Origin: Octopus sinensis
Taxonomy: Eukaryota
Reading direction: 5' to 3'
Assembly: GCF_006345805.1 (NCBI RefSeq)
Contig: NC_043002.1
Span: 92,318,001-92,382,000, forward strand
Length of the DNA stretch: 64,000 nucleotides
The notes below the pieces were generated by a model. That model ran no database searches, was not told the DNA's origin, and saw only the letters and a program-made list of their open reading frames with translations. Within the stretch, counting starts at the first letter, position 1. Each line of letters opens with the position of its first letter. The position numbers and the translations under genes are program-made. Below, one piece after another: positions 1-12,770 of the stretch.

Positions 1-140
1 GAGTTCAAATTCCGCCGAGGTCGACTTTGCTTTTCATCCTTTCGGGGTCGATAAATTAAGTACCAGTTACGCACTGGGGTCGATATCTGTCCTTGTTTGT
101 CCCCCCTGTGTTTAGCCCCTTGTAGGTAGTAAAGAAATAA
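1..140 (+). mobile_element. tRNA-derived SINE family A (3' part, cut by the window edge)
   Basis: B-box-like GAGTTCAAATTCC, body GGTCGACTTTGC..CATCCTTTCGGGGTCGATAAATTAAGTACC and tail GTAGTAAAGAAATAA; roughly 30 related copies or fragments in the window. Confidence 0.85.
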
Positions 141-839
141 TTTAGAACCAAATGCCGATATGAGAGTTTCTTTCATGTTAACTATCGCAGTATAGTTTGT
201 TCTAACAGAACATCCATTTTTAAGTGTGGATAACTTCTACCTATCAGTATTGATATCACCTCTTTCGCTCCTATACATTTTTGTAACACGCTAACTGGCT
301 AATTGCAAGACCACCTCCTGTTCTGGCACTGTTATTCTATATATCGTTGGTGGAGAGATGAATCGCTGCTATCTCTAGTGCTTGAACGTCTATCCTTGAC
401 GAGACCAAGGAAGATCGAAATTACGTGATCTGGTGGTCTTGCCACTGGAGATGGCGGGGGTTTATCTTCCCGCTAGCGATATCAACAAGAATACATTTTG
501 CACCAAAAGCCAATATAAGATTTTTTTATGATAGCAATCGCAGTATAGTTTGTTCTAACGGAACATCTACGTTAAAATGGAGATGAATATTACTTCTCGA
601 GATTAATGCTACCTCTGACGCTAATATACATTTTTTTTTAGCTAACTGGCAAATAGTGACATCAACACCTGTTCTAGCATTGTTTTATAAGCTCAAGGGT
701 GGCTGTGTGTTAAGAAGTTTGCTTCCCAACCACATGGTTCCTTGAACAAGTGTCTTCTACTATGGCCTCAGGCCGACAAAGTCTGTGAGTGGATTTTGTA
801 GACAGAAACTGAAAGAAGCTCATCGTACATATATATATG

Positions 840-871
<32 letters not shown>

Positions 872-980
872 ATATATAATATAAAAACGGGAAGCTTTAT
901 GAAAATAAACAAAAGACGAAGGCAGGTGGAGTACAAACAATAATTGTATTAGTATGGCGCTCAGGAATATAAATAAAATA

Positions 981-1212
981 AGGCGGCGAGCTGGCAGAAA
1001 CGTTAGCACGCCGGGCGAAATGTGTAGCCATATTTCATCTGTCGCTAAGTTCTGAGTTCAAATTCCGCCGAGGTCGACTTTGCCTTTCATCCTTTCGGGG
1101 TCGATAAATTAAGTACCAGTTACGCACTGGGGTCGATGTAATCGGCTTAATCTGTTTGTCTGTCCTTGTTTGTCCCCTCTGTGTTTAGCCCCTTGTGGGT
1201 AGTAAAGAAATA
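981..1212 (+). mobile_element. Full-length SINE A inserted in the PLE 3' end with a TSD
   Basis: GGCGGCGAGCTGGCAGAAACGTTAGC head to GTAAAGAAATA tail. AATATAAATAAAA is duplicated on both sides; the uninterrupted empty site is seen at ~29940. Confidence 0.9.
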
Positions 1213-1230
1213 AATATAAATAAAACAAGT

Positions 1231-1266
1231 CTTTTATGTTTCGGGCCTACGCTCTTCAACAGAAAG
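1231..1266 (-). ncRNA. Minimal hammerhead motif (CUGUUGA core, mutated loop 3)
   Basis: CTTT-CTGTTGA-A-GAGC-GTAG-GCCC-GAAAC-ATA-AAAG. Confidence 0.55.
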
Positions 1267-1529
1267 ATACACAGAAAAGAAACACGGAGAGAAACAAGGA
1301 GAAAAAAAAAATGTGAGAAAAAAAATGCGTGCAGAAGTTAGCGATTCAACATGGCGATCTGATTCTGGCCAGAAGTCAGAGATCAAACGTGAGACGCAAG
1401 AGCGAAAATAGGGGAGATAACAGCGTCAAATGACTTCGCCCCAACATAAGGGTGCGTGTGTGTATGAATGCGTATGAAAGGTCTGGAGGTGTGTGTGTAT
1501 GTATGATGTGATGTGTAATGTCGTATGGT

Positions 1530-1990
1530 GTAGTGTAGAGAGAGGAGATGAGGGGGAAGTGGAGGAGGAGGGAGAGTGGAGGGGGAGATGAGGGGGAGAG
1601 GGGGGAAAGATGAGGGGTGAGAGAGGGGGAGAGGGGGAGAAGGAAAGAGGAGGAGGGAGAAGAGGAAAGGTGAGAGTGGGGAGGGTTGTGATGAGGGGGA
1701 GGGGGAGAATTGGGGGAGAAGGAAGAAGGAGGGGTGAGGATGAGTGAGGGGAGGGGGAGAGGGAGGGAGAAGGAAAGAGGAGAAGAGGGGGAGGAGGGGG
1801 AAAGGAGGAGGAGGGGAGGAGAGAAGGGGAGTGAGGGAGCAGAGAGAAAGAGAGAAGGGGAAGAGGGAAGAAGAAAGAGGAAAGAGGAAAGAAGAGGAGG
1901 GAAGATGAGGGAAAGAGAGTAGGGGTGAAAAGATGAAGGACCGAAGAGAAGCAGGAGTCGGGGGGAGGTTAGATGAGGAGGGAGAGTTGA
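1530..1990 (+). repeat. Purine-rich (G/A) low-complexity tract in the PLE 3' region
   Basis: GGA/GAG/GGGA runs for ~450 bp; source of the spurious Pro/Ser/Leu ORFs. Confidence 0.85.
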
Positions 1991-3153
1991 GACCAAATGG
2001 CGTAAAAGAGCGAAGAGAGAAGATTAATCCCTGTTCACGGCGCAAACAGGAATTCGGATAGCCTCTGTGCAAGGACAAACCGAACACAGACAGGTGTTGC
2101 AAGGAGTGATCGGTGGAGCGGAAATGGCGTGAGACCAGTGTGTCGTTGGCAAGGCGGATGTCACGGAGGTGTTCCGCGAACCGGTCAGCCAAGGCGTCCC
2201 GTTTGTCCAATGTACAGGGAATGGCAGAGAGAGCAAGAGATGCAATAGATGATATTGCTGGAGGTGCAGGTGAAGGAGTTGATGATGCGATAGGGTCGAT
2301 GATGGGTGCCAGTGAGGAGGGTGGTGTTGGAGAAGTAAGGGCAAGTGTGACAACGTGGGCGGGAGCAAGGGAACAAGCCAGGTTGGGAGGTAGGGTCAGG
2401 AAAGGAGCTGTGGAACCAAAAGGTCTCGTAGGTTATGGGCTCGTTTGAAGGAGGGGAGGGGTCGGTTAGGGAAGAGGTCTGAAGTGGACGGGTCGGACTG
2501 GAGATGCCGGAAAGCTCGAAGAATGGTGCGTTGGAATGGTCGTGGGGTGGTAAGTGAGGGGAAATGGGAGGTGGGAGACTACAGGGCGGGTTCAGGGGGA
2601 GAGAGCAGATGCACGGTCTACGGAACGTGCTCTGGCAAGGGCGGTGTGGATAGTGGTGAGGGGGTATCCACGTAGGATGAAGTGGCGAGCCATGCATTGA
2701 GACTGAGTCTCAAAGTCATGGTCGTCACTACAGAGCCTACGTAGACGGAGGAATTGGGAATAGGGGATGGAAAGCTGGTGTGTTTTGGGTGGGAGGAAGA
2801 GAAGTTTAGGTATGAGTGTGAGTCTGTGTGTTTGTAGTGAATGGAGGTGGTAAGAATGGAGTGATGAATGCTGACCGAAATGTCGAGGAAGGAGAAAGAG
2901 GTGTTGGAGATAGTGAGGTGAAGTGGAAAGCAGGATGGAAGGATTAAACGAAAGAGAGGAAGGAATCTAGATGTTCACGGGAGAGTGAGGTGGCACCGAT
3001 AATGTCGTCAATGTAACGACCGTATATTTCGGGAGTGGGACCAGTGAAAAATAGAGAATATTTGGGCCTCAACATAGCCAACGAACAGGTTCGCATAGTT
3101 GGGGCCCATTCGCGTTCCCATGGCCACTCCATATATATATATATATAATGCTT

Positions 3154-4196
3154 GTTGCTTAGTTTTTCTTGGAGGGCTGGCCGTGATCTAGTAATCTCAA
3201 GATAATCAGCCGAAATTACTACGTGATCCGGTTCTTGACTTGAAAGAATGAGGGTTCGAATGTCCTGTCCGTGTTTATTGTATCGTCTTCTAAGAGTTAT
3301 ACGTTCTTGTCCATGTTGTATTTTTCTACATACCTTAACATATATTCCAGGCGCCACGTAGCCTCTTAACATTAATGTGAGCACAATTCTTAATAACTGG
3401 TACGACTCTTTGTTTGTCTCTCTCTCTTCTCTCACTTTTACTTGATCTGTCCTTCTCTCTCTACTCATCTCTTTTTCTCTTCTCTTTCCTCTGATTCTTT
3501 GGTTAATCTTCCACTAACCCTCCTATTTCTGTCTCGCCTCTGCACTCACAGGTCGCTCTTCGAAACCCATCCCTTCTCCTCTCTGATTCTTCTTTCTCTC
3601 TCTCTCGCTCTTTGTCGCGTTTGTCCCCCTCTCTCTCTCTCCTCTCTCTCTCTCTCTTCCGTTGCTTCTCTTTCTTTTCTTTTCTCTCTTCTCTGTCCAC
3701 GTGACTGCTGGCCGAAATCTGCCTTCAGCTTCTGACCAGCGTCGTGTTAACATCGTTGTTTTTCGTCCGCCGCTATAGGCATCGCCGATAAGCTCCTTTC
3801 CTTGCGCCAGAGAAAAAATTTGTTTGCGTTTATCAGTCGTAAGACACTTGTGGTTGTTTTTACGTTATTGCTTCTGTATTTCATGTTTCTGTATTCCATT
3901 ATTTTTTTTTTTTTTTTTTTTTTATTAGTCCCTTTTGCGGTCCTGGTGTCCGTATGCATTCGATCCTTCTTCCAGGAAATCTACGCTCCCAGCTTAGTTT
4001 TTCTAATGCTCGTTGCTTAGTTTTTCTTGGAGGGCTGGCCGTGATCTAGTAATCTCAAGATTAATCAGCCGAAATTACTACGATGATCCGGTTCTTGACT
4101 GAAGACTGAGGGTTTCGAATGTCCTGTCGTGTTTATTGTATCGTCTTCTAAGAGTATACGTTCTTGTCCATGTGTGTATTTTTCTACATACCTTAA
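3154..4196. mobile_element. Small element with ~185-bp terminal direct repeats (3154-3338 and 4012-4196), flanked by (TA)n
   Basis: GTTGCTTAGTTTTTCTTGGAGGGCTGGCCGTGATC...CATACCTTAA occurs twice with an 858-bp period; the interior is non-coding with CT and poly-T tracts. Confidence 0.7.
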
Positions 4197-4202
4197 TATA
4201 TA

Positions 4203-4252
<50 letters not shown>

Positions 4253-5745
4253 CGTTTTTTCTATCTGGTTATCAAGATTCCTTATGTTGAATTCGTGTAT
4301 TGAAACAATTTTGTTAGTCTGGGGAGAGTCAGTCATAGTCATAGTCCCTTGATATAACACACACACTGGTTTAATTTCTATTCATTTATTTATTCCTTTT
4401 ATTTATTCCAGAAAACTTTTTCGTCGCCGCATTTGCGACCGTATCAATATGTATGTGTTTATATCTGCATTTGATCCACACCACTGCTTGACAACCTGTG
4501 CTTGTGTGTTTACGTCCCAGTTGACTAGCGGTTCGGCTAAAGAGACCGATAGAATAAGTACCAGGGCTTAAAATAAACAAGTACTTGCGTCAATTCATTC
4601 GACTAGAAATTCTTCATGGCGGTGCCCCAGCATGTCCGCAGTCTATCGACTGAAACAAGTGGAAGAGATACAAGAGAATTCAGTAGAATTCGCTGTTGAA
4701 TATCAGGCCTATGAATCATTATGTTTCAGCCAGCAACAAAACAAATCAAATTAACAATAGTCACAAAAGTGTTCCGTTTCTTTGCTTATGCGTTTATTTG
4801 TTAAATTGATATTGATTACGTCTTAATATATTGTTTATTTTATAAAAAGTAAAATAACATTGTTTAGAAATGTTGGTTTTTATGTCAACCAAATGGTTCT
4901 TACGTTGTAAAAACTGATGTCCACTTACCGCCTTACAATAAAAAGATTTAAAGAAAGACATTAAAAAGTTAACCGTAAAAATATCTTACGTGGTTGAATA
5001 ATGTAATTTAATTGGTGTACACGTATGTTAAAGTATTTAAAAGAAGCTTAGAGAATTCGACCCATAAAATAAATATTACCTCTTTACAAACTACGTTTAA
5101 ATGGCGACCGTGTTATAATATAATACTTATTTCAATCCGGGGTATTTTTACATTCAACTTTCAACTTCTGATTCATTTGATCAATTTTCATTTCATTGTT
5201 TTACGAGTAAAATGTCAATATTTCCTTTGTTGTTGCCAGTGGTGTCGGGTAACCCTATGGTCAAAAATGCTCCACTCGTGACCATCCCGGTTTTCATTTT
5301 TTAAATTATACATCAGGAACTCCCATGTTTAATGTGTCCTTCCCTGATTTTTTTTTTTTTTTTTTAAGATGATAGAATGTGATTTGATGGACATTTAGAT
5401 TGCTGTTTGTTGCAGGCCTAGCGAATACAGTTTGAACATCTTTGTTTATGGTTACCGTCGATAACTATTGCCAAATATTAATGTCACGAGGAAAGGTCAA
5501 ATGAATAAATAAATAAATACATGAAAAAATGCGTCCGTCAGATAAGGTCACATTCTTTTGTGACAGAAGTTTAACTACAGATGAATACGGTAACGCAGTC
5601 ACATAAGGTGTTTTCTATTATTAGATCCATCCGAAGTTGAAGAATCACGCTGTCGCTACTCAGCATCTCATGACTCACGCATTCTAAAGAGGACCATGGT
5701 AGAACTATTTTAGTCAGACAATGTGTAGCTAATATACGTACGCAC

Positions 5746-5748
<3 letters not shown>

Positions 5749-5822
<74 letters not shown>
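5749..5822 (+). repeat. (CA)n microsatellite (one of many CA/TG, TA, TATG and TAGA tracts)
   Basis: Direct sequence. Confidence 0.98.
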
Positions 5823-5825
<3 letters not shown>

Positions 5826-6059
5826 TCACTCTCACACATACAAACAACCCAGTAACGGCCTTTATAATATATACAGATGAAAATTTATATATAAATAAGA
5901 TACAAGATATGGTTACGTGGTAAGAACCTTGCTTGCCAACCACATGGTTCCGGGTTCAGCCCTACTGCGTAGCACCTTGGGCAAGTGTCTTCTACTCAAG
6001 GTTCATGCCGATCAAAGCTTTGTGAGCTGATTTCATAGAAGGTAACTGAAAGAAAACCG

Positions 6060-6108
<49 letters not shown>

Positions 6109-6710
6109 AAGGAAACGGAGAAATTGTGATATAGACATCAATTTATTAGAACATATCTAATTCCAAGCAAAACAAAACTCTTAGCATTTACAATTGTTTC
6201 CATACCCAATTAATGAAATTTGAAAAATTAATTTAAATTACATTAAATTAAAATACATTGGATGTATTTTTTAAATACATTGGATGCAAAATCTCACATA
6301 TCTGAATCTATCAAGGATTTACCAACACATTGGAATGTTGCTCCTTTCTATCAAATTCTTCCCCTGACTAAATGTCCAATTAGCTATATTCTATAGGAAA
6401 CTTTAACTTCATTTAATTTGATTTAATTTAATTTTTCAAATTGAATTAATTGGGCATAGAGACAGTTGTAGGTGCTAAGAGTTTGTTTTTCTATGTTCTA
6501 ATAAATTGATGTCTGTATCTCAATTTCACTGTTTTATTTAATCAATATTATTTAATCAATAAAATGCCCATATCCATCAATGCGAAGTTAACATCTTAGG
6601 TTTTTCACTGATACACTGGATAAAACTGGGGAACTTGGATGCTGACATACCTTTGAGAGGGTTTCATATCATTGATTTAATTAGATTTTATATATATATA
6701 TATATATATA

Positions 6711-6908
6711 GTTAATCCAAACAAGAAAACACCAAAAAACACAGCAACGCGAGAACGTGGAACAAATAAAGTATTATTGGACGCTCAGGAAAGAAGGGAA
6801 GGAGGGTTTAACGTTTCGAGCGGAGCTCTTCGTCGGAAACAAAGGAGAAGGAAAGATCCCGAGAAGGGAAGACAGAGGAAAAAAATTGCTGGCGGTGGTC
6901 ACGAGGTC
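6711..6908 (-). mobile_element. PLE-type solo terminal repeat carrying a hammerhead (6806-6840)
   Basis: Minus strand GTTT-CCGACGA-A-GAGC-TCC-GCTC-GAAAC-GTT-AAAC; ends at (TA)n; homologous to 7342-7508 and 54775-54985. Confidence 0.75.
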
Positions 6909-7116
6909 ACTCTTTTAAACTTTTACTCTTATACTTGTTTCAGTCATTTGACTGCGGCCATGCTGGAGCACCGCTTTTAGTCGAGCAAATCGACCGCAGG
7001 ACTTATTCTATCGGTCTCTTTTTCCGAACCGCTAAGTTACGGGGACGTAAACACACCAGCATCGGTTGTCAATCGATGGTGCGAGGACAGACACAGACAC
7101 ACAACATATACACACG

Positions 7117-7156
<40 letters not shown>

Positions 7157-7341
7157 GTATATCAGTTAGAGGAGTTTAATACCTCTAAGGGTTGATTAAT
7201 TAAATCCAAAGTCACTCCTGGTTATTACCTTGGTAGGTACAGTCCTTTGTAAAGTTGTACGGTAGCAGGTGATTCGGTTGGTAGACCGTATGTATATATA
7301 TATATATATATATTATATACATACATACGGTCTACCAACCG

Positions 7342-7508
7342 CGTGTGACAGTTGGCGATTTTTTTCCTCCGTCTTCCATTCTTTGGATCTTTCCTTTTCC
7401 TATGTTTCTGATGAAGAGCTCCGCTCGAAACGTTATATAATACTATACTTGTTCCACGTCCTCGCGTTGTTGTGTTTTCTCTTTGTGTTTTCATGTTTGG
7501 ATTAACTA
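7342..7508 (+). mobile_element. PLE-type solo terminal repeat with a hammerhead core (7408-7434)
   Basis: CTGATGA-A-GAGC-TCC-GCTC-GAAAC-GTT. The 3' strand of stem I is lost by an internal deletion relative to the other copies. Confidence 0.75.
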
Positions 7509-7845
7509 TATATATATATATATATTATATATATATATATATATATACCTATGTGCGTGTGTTTTTGAGTCTGTTCATCTCCTACCACCGCTTCACAAGC
7601 GGTGTTGCTGTAAATTCAACAAAAGACCTCGACTGATTAAGAACCACACTTAAAAGAAAAATAACTACTGGGCCATTTCATTCGACTAAAAAACATTTCT
7701 CAGGGCAGTGCTCAGCATGGCCGCAATCTAATGGCTGAAACAAATAACAGATAAAACCTGAAAGACAAGAGTTGGGAGTTCCTCATTTCTTCAATACGCA
7801 TGTTCTCTTTCTTTTACCTCAATATTTGGCGTGACATCCGCATCC

Positions 7846-8078
7846 TATTTTTTTACTACCCACAAGGGGCTAAACACAGAAGGGACGAACAAGGACAGAC
7901 AAACGGAATAAGTCGATTATATCGACCCCAGTGCGTAACTGGTACTTATTTAATCGACCCCGAAAGAATGAAAGGCAAAGTTGACCTCGGCGGAATTTGA
8001 ACTCAGAACGTAACGGCAGACGAAATACCACTAGGCATTTCGCCCGGCATGCTAACGTTTCTGTCAGCTTGCCACCTT
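7846..8078 (-). mobile_element. Full-length SINE A with a 17-bp TSD
   Basis: GCGTGACATCCGCATCC at 7829-7845 and 8079-8095. Confidence 0.92.
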
Positions 8079-8840
8079 GCGTGACATCCGCATCCACTGC
8101 ACAACTGATCTCTCCCAAACTGCGTGTTTTTCTCCATGTCCCAAATAATATTATCTGCTCTGTAACGTTTACAAAGGGTTAATATTTTTATTGGAATGTG
8201 TCATCGGTTATTTTTTTTATATTAATCTTTAAAGGTGTAGATACATTTTGGTTCTGGTATGCCATGGGTAAGGCCTTCAGGACATTTCTTCCAGCGTATA
8301 GCATAGCGTATGATTTTAACGTCATTGTCGAATCTCACGAGACGATAGTAACTTGCGAACATTTATAGAGAGCGGATGATGGGGTGGATGATACCTTTCG
8401 TACAGGTACGGCATAATTAACATTTTCCTATCACCACGTGGAAGTTTAGGGGCACTTTAATTTATTTGTTGGTCATATACATACGTATGTATTCGTATAC
8501 TTATTTAGATATGTTTTCGTGTATATGCGTGTATGTCTACGTTTGTATGTTTATATATATATATATATATATATATACTTTCTCTCTAGTTTCAGCTCAG
8601 AGCTACGGCCATGCTGACGCACCACCGTTGAGGTGGCGAGCTGGCAGAAACGTTTGTGCGCTGGGCGAAATGCTTAGCGGTATTTTCGTATGTCGTATTC
8701 CGCCGAGGTCGACTTTGCCTTTCATCCTTTCGAGGTCGATAAATAAAGTACCAGTTTCGCACTGGGTCGATGTGATCGACTTAATTACTTTGTGTGTCCT
8801 TGTTTGTCCTCTCTATGTTTAGCTCTTGTGGGTAGTAAAG

Positions 8841-8883
<43 letters not shown>

Positions 8884-8894
8884 ATATATATATA

Positions 8895-8926
<32 letters not shown>

Positions 8927-9039
8927 CGTGTCTGTGTAGCTGTGTGTATACCTGTGTGTGTGTGTGTGTGTGTATGTGTTTTAGTGTTTGTACATGTAAT
9001 CAGTAGAAAAATTGAAAACCTCCTACCAAAATCACGGAG

Positions 9040-9500
9040 TCTAAGAGAAATTATGAATAAACCGGTAACAACACAGCTGTTAAGACAAGAACACAACGAC
9101 TCAGCTATTAATTTCGATAACACAACCATTAGTTAAGGCAATAGGTCTTCTAGTTAAGAAAACAAACCTACTAGTTAAGAGAGCATCAGTTAAGACAATG
9201 GATATACTAATTTAGACAACAATTCAACGAAGCAATTACCAGTTAACACAGCAGCACAAATACTAGTTAAAACAACAGATTCACTAGTTAGCACAACACC
9301 GCTACTAGTTAAGACAATAAAAAAACACCATGATACAGCTATCGGTTAACACAACAATTACATAGAATAGAATAACTGGTTATGGTTACATAGCTTTTAG
9401 CTCATAATTTAACACAACAATGTGATTACCAGTTAAGACAACAGATCTACAAATTAAGAGACCATGATAGTTATTAGTTAAAGTAACAACATAGATGATC
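9040..9500. repeat. Degenerate minisatellite with core CTAGTTAAGACAACA
   Basis: More than 15 recurrences of AGTTAA(G/C)ACAA at ~20-30 bp spacing. Confidence 0.7.
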
Positions 9501-10338
9501 CAGGTAACCTATGATTAAGGGTATTCTTATTGTGACCTTTCCAACATTTTTTTATATTTAGATCTGCATTATCTAGTGTGTCGTTCTCTGCTTTAAGACA
9601 GTAGGCTGCAATTTCATGAAGAACTAGCTAATATTTTTAGCAGGTCGGGTAGCCAGTTTTCCGGTACCATTATAGATACGCTTCAAGAAGAAACTGGTAC
9701 AGTTAATCCGGAAAAAGTACTCAGTGGCAAGAACTTGCCATCAATCTGCCACACTTAGCGTGGCTGTGTGATAAGAAGTTTACTTCACGACCACACAGTT
9801 GCCGGTTTCAGTCCCACTGCGAGAGATCTTGGGCAAGTGTCTTCTACTATAGCCTCGGGCCGAACAAAATCTTGTGAGTGGATTTGGTTAACGAAAACTG
9901 AAGAAAGCCCGTTGTGTGTGTGTGTGGTGTGTGTTGTGTGTGTGTGTGAGTTTGTGTCTGTATTTGTCCCTCACCATCGCTTCACAACCGGTGTTGGCTT
10001 GTTTACGTCCCCATAACTTGGCGGTCTGGTGAAAGAGACTGATAGACTAAGTGCCAGCCTTTTAAAAAAGTTAGTACTGGGGTCGATTCGCTCAACTAAC
10101 ATTCTTCAGGGCAAGTGTCCCAGCTTGGCTGCAGTCTAATGACTGAAACAATTAAAAGATGAAAGCACAGGCGTGGCTGTGTGGTAAGAAGCTTGCTTCC
10201 CAACCACATGATTCCGGATTCATTCCCACTGGGTGGCATTAGGGGCAAGTGTCCTTTAATATAGCCTCGGACCGACCAAAGCCTTGTGAGTGGATTTGGT
10301 AGACGGAAACTGAAATAAACCCGTCATACATATACATA

Positions 10339-10369
<31 letters not shown>

Positions 10370-10719
10370 TGTGTGTGTAAGTATATCAGTAGCGACTCCG
10401 GCACTCGGGCTGTTCGGGCTTAGCCCGCGTATAAATTTAGTAAAGTGAACGTGTATTTGCAAACTGGTTTAATTTCTGCCAACACTGACTGCAAGTGTGT
10501 AAACTGCAGCCAATAACTCGGGTTCCTTCTATTGAGCCTGATCGTTGTTCATTTATTTTTGTTCGGCGTCTTGCAGTCATCTTAGAGTTGCCCTTTGTCA
10601 AGTAATATCATTCGTAGCAGACGTTCTCTCGACATTGTTCACATGCGCCTGACACTGGCTCAGAAATTACAGCTCAAGTTGTTATCTATAACCGTAAAAA
10701 TTAAAGGTAATTCAAATTC

Positions 10720-10910
10720 AATGTTTTCTTGAAACAATAAATTTCTGTAGAGATTAGGATTTAAATTCCAATCTTTGCTAATTTGCTGTTCTACAAAATT
10801 CTTAAAGGAACGAAAATGTTTTCTTGAAACAATAAATTTCTGTAGAGATTAGGATTTAAATTCCAATCTTTGCTAATTTTCTGTTCTACAATATTCTTAA
10901 AGGAACGAAA
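10720..10910. repeat. 2 x 95-bp tandem duplication
   Basis: AATGTTTTCTTGAAACAATAAATTTCTGTAGAG... starts at 10720 and 10815 and is near identical. Confidence 0.95.
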
Positions 10911-11261
10911 AATTATCCAGCAACTCGGGCGAATACAAACAAGCCTGGTAGGTGTAAAAGATTAACTGGCATCTTTTGTCAAGAGTATAGGCGACACTCA
11001 GATCACTGATGTTTGTTGTACACTCCGGTTGCGGTTATCTGATTGCTGTTATTCTGTGCATCTGTGTGTAAAGATCATTTGTGTTTTGCAGAGTTGCTTT
11101 ATTTTTACACTTAACTTAGAAATGGAGAAATACATAGAGCTAGATATAGAAAGTAAGTCATTTGGGGCTAGAAATATTGCGGAAGAACGTGAAATTCTTC
11201 AAGCAGGCATGTGTCTTATGTGATAAGCCCGAGTGATGCTGATGACCTGGATTCGTCTCTG

Positions 11262-11334
<73 letters not shown>

Positions 11335-12135
11335 TTACATATACATATATACATATACATATAATTCATACATATATATAATTGTGTGTGTGTGTTTGTC
11401 CCACCATCACTATCCTTTGACAACCGATGCTGGTGTATTTACGCCCCTGTAACTTAACAGTTCGGCCAAAAAAGTGACCGATAGAATAGGTACTAGGCTT
11501 ACAAAGAATATATCCTGGGGTCGATATCTTCGACTAAAAAATCCTTTAAGGCGGTGCTCCAGCATGGCCGCAGTCAAATGAGCGAAACAAGTAAAAGAAA
11601 GAAGATATATACATTGTGACATCATTAGTTAATATAAATAATGACATCATTATCCCTGTCCATATAAATTAGTAATATCCGGGTTTTTTTTTCTTTTTTA
11701 ATCCGTTATCATTTCTTTATAAACGAGTCATATTCTATTTATAGACTCTCGTTATATCATATCTTCGTATAGGACATGTTCACAAAAAGATTAGGCGTAT
11801 GTTTTGATAAAAGGGTCAGATCATATCTCAGCTTAAGACAATAGTTGCATCATAAATTTCAAATAACGCATATCTTGTTATCATATTTTAGCGTATGATT
11901 GTATGTTATGATATCTTCTTGAAAGTGGTTATTATATCACATCAATTAGCGATTATATTTTTATTACCTGATAAAATAGATTTATCATAACTTCACATCG
12001 TTGAAAATCAATATCACATCAGTTTAATGTTAAAGAGAGAGAAAAATAAAAATAAAAAAGAAAAGACATTCTACAGTTATCTCCTGCATCGTCAAATATA
12101 CAATTGCTACTGTTGATGTTGTAGTGAATCGCTGT

Positions 12136-12770
<635 letters not shown>

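Larger units (their letters stand above)
836..3130 (-). mobile_element. 5'-truncated, frameshifted Penelope-like retroelement: RT + Zn-knuckle/GIY-YIG + 3'UTR with hammerhead + (TA)n
   Basis: Minus-strand translation gives GVAMGTRMGPNYANLFVGYVE, YGRYIDDIIG, SFLDISV, SIPYSQFLRLRRLCSD, CSRPRCHTC, NIIYCISCSLCHSLYIGQTGR and RFAEHLRDIR...EQGLIFSLRSFTPFGLN. This is followed by a CT-rich tract and a hammerhead-containing end at 880-1330. Confidence 0.92.

Noticed and set aside
1376-2210. Pro/Ser/Leu-rich ORFs
   Set aside because: Read-through from the PLE endonuclease into a GA/CT low-complexity tract.
4030-4125. Hammerhead in the 185-bp direct repeat
   Set aside because: CTGAAGA and GAAA/GAAT motifs are present but not arranged with compatible stems I and II.
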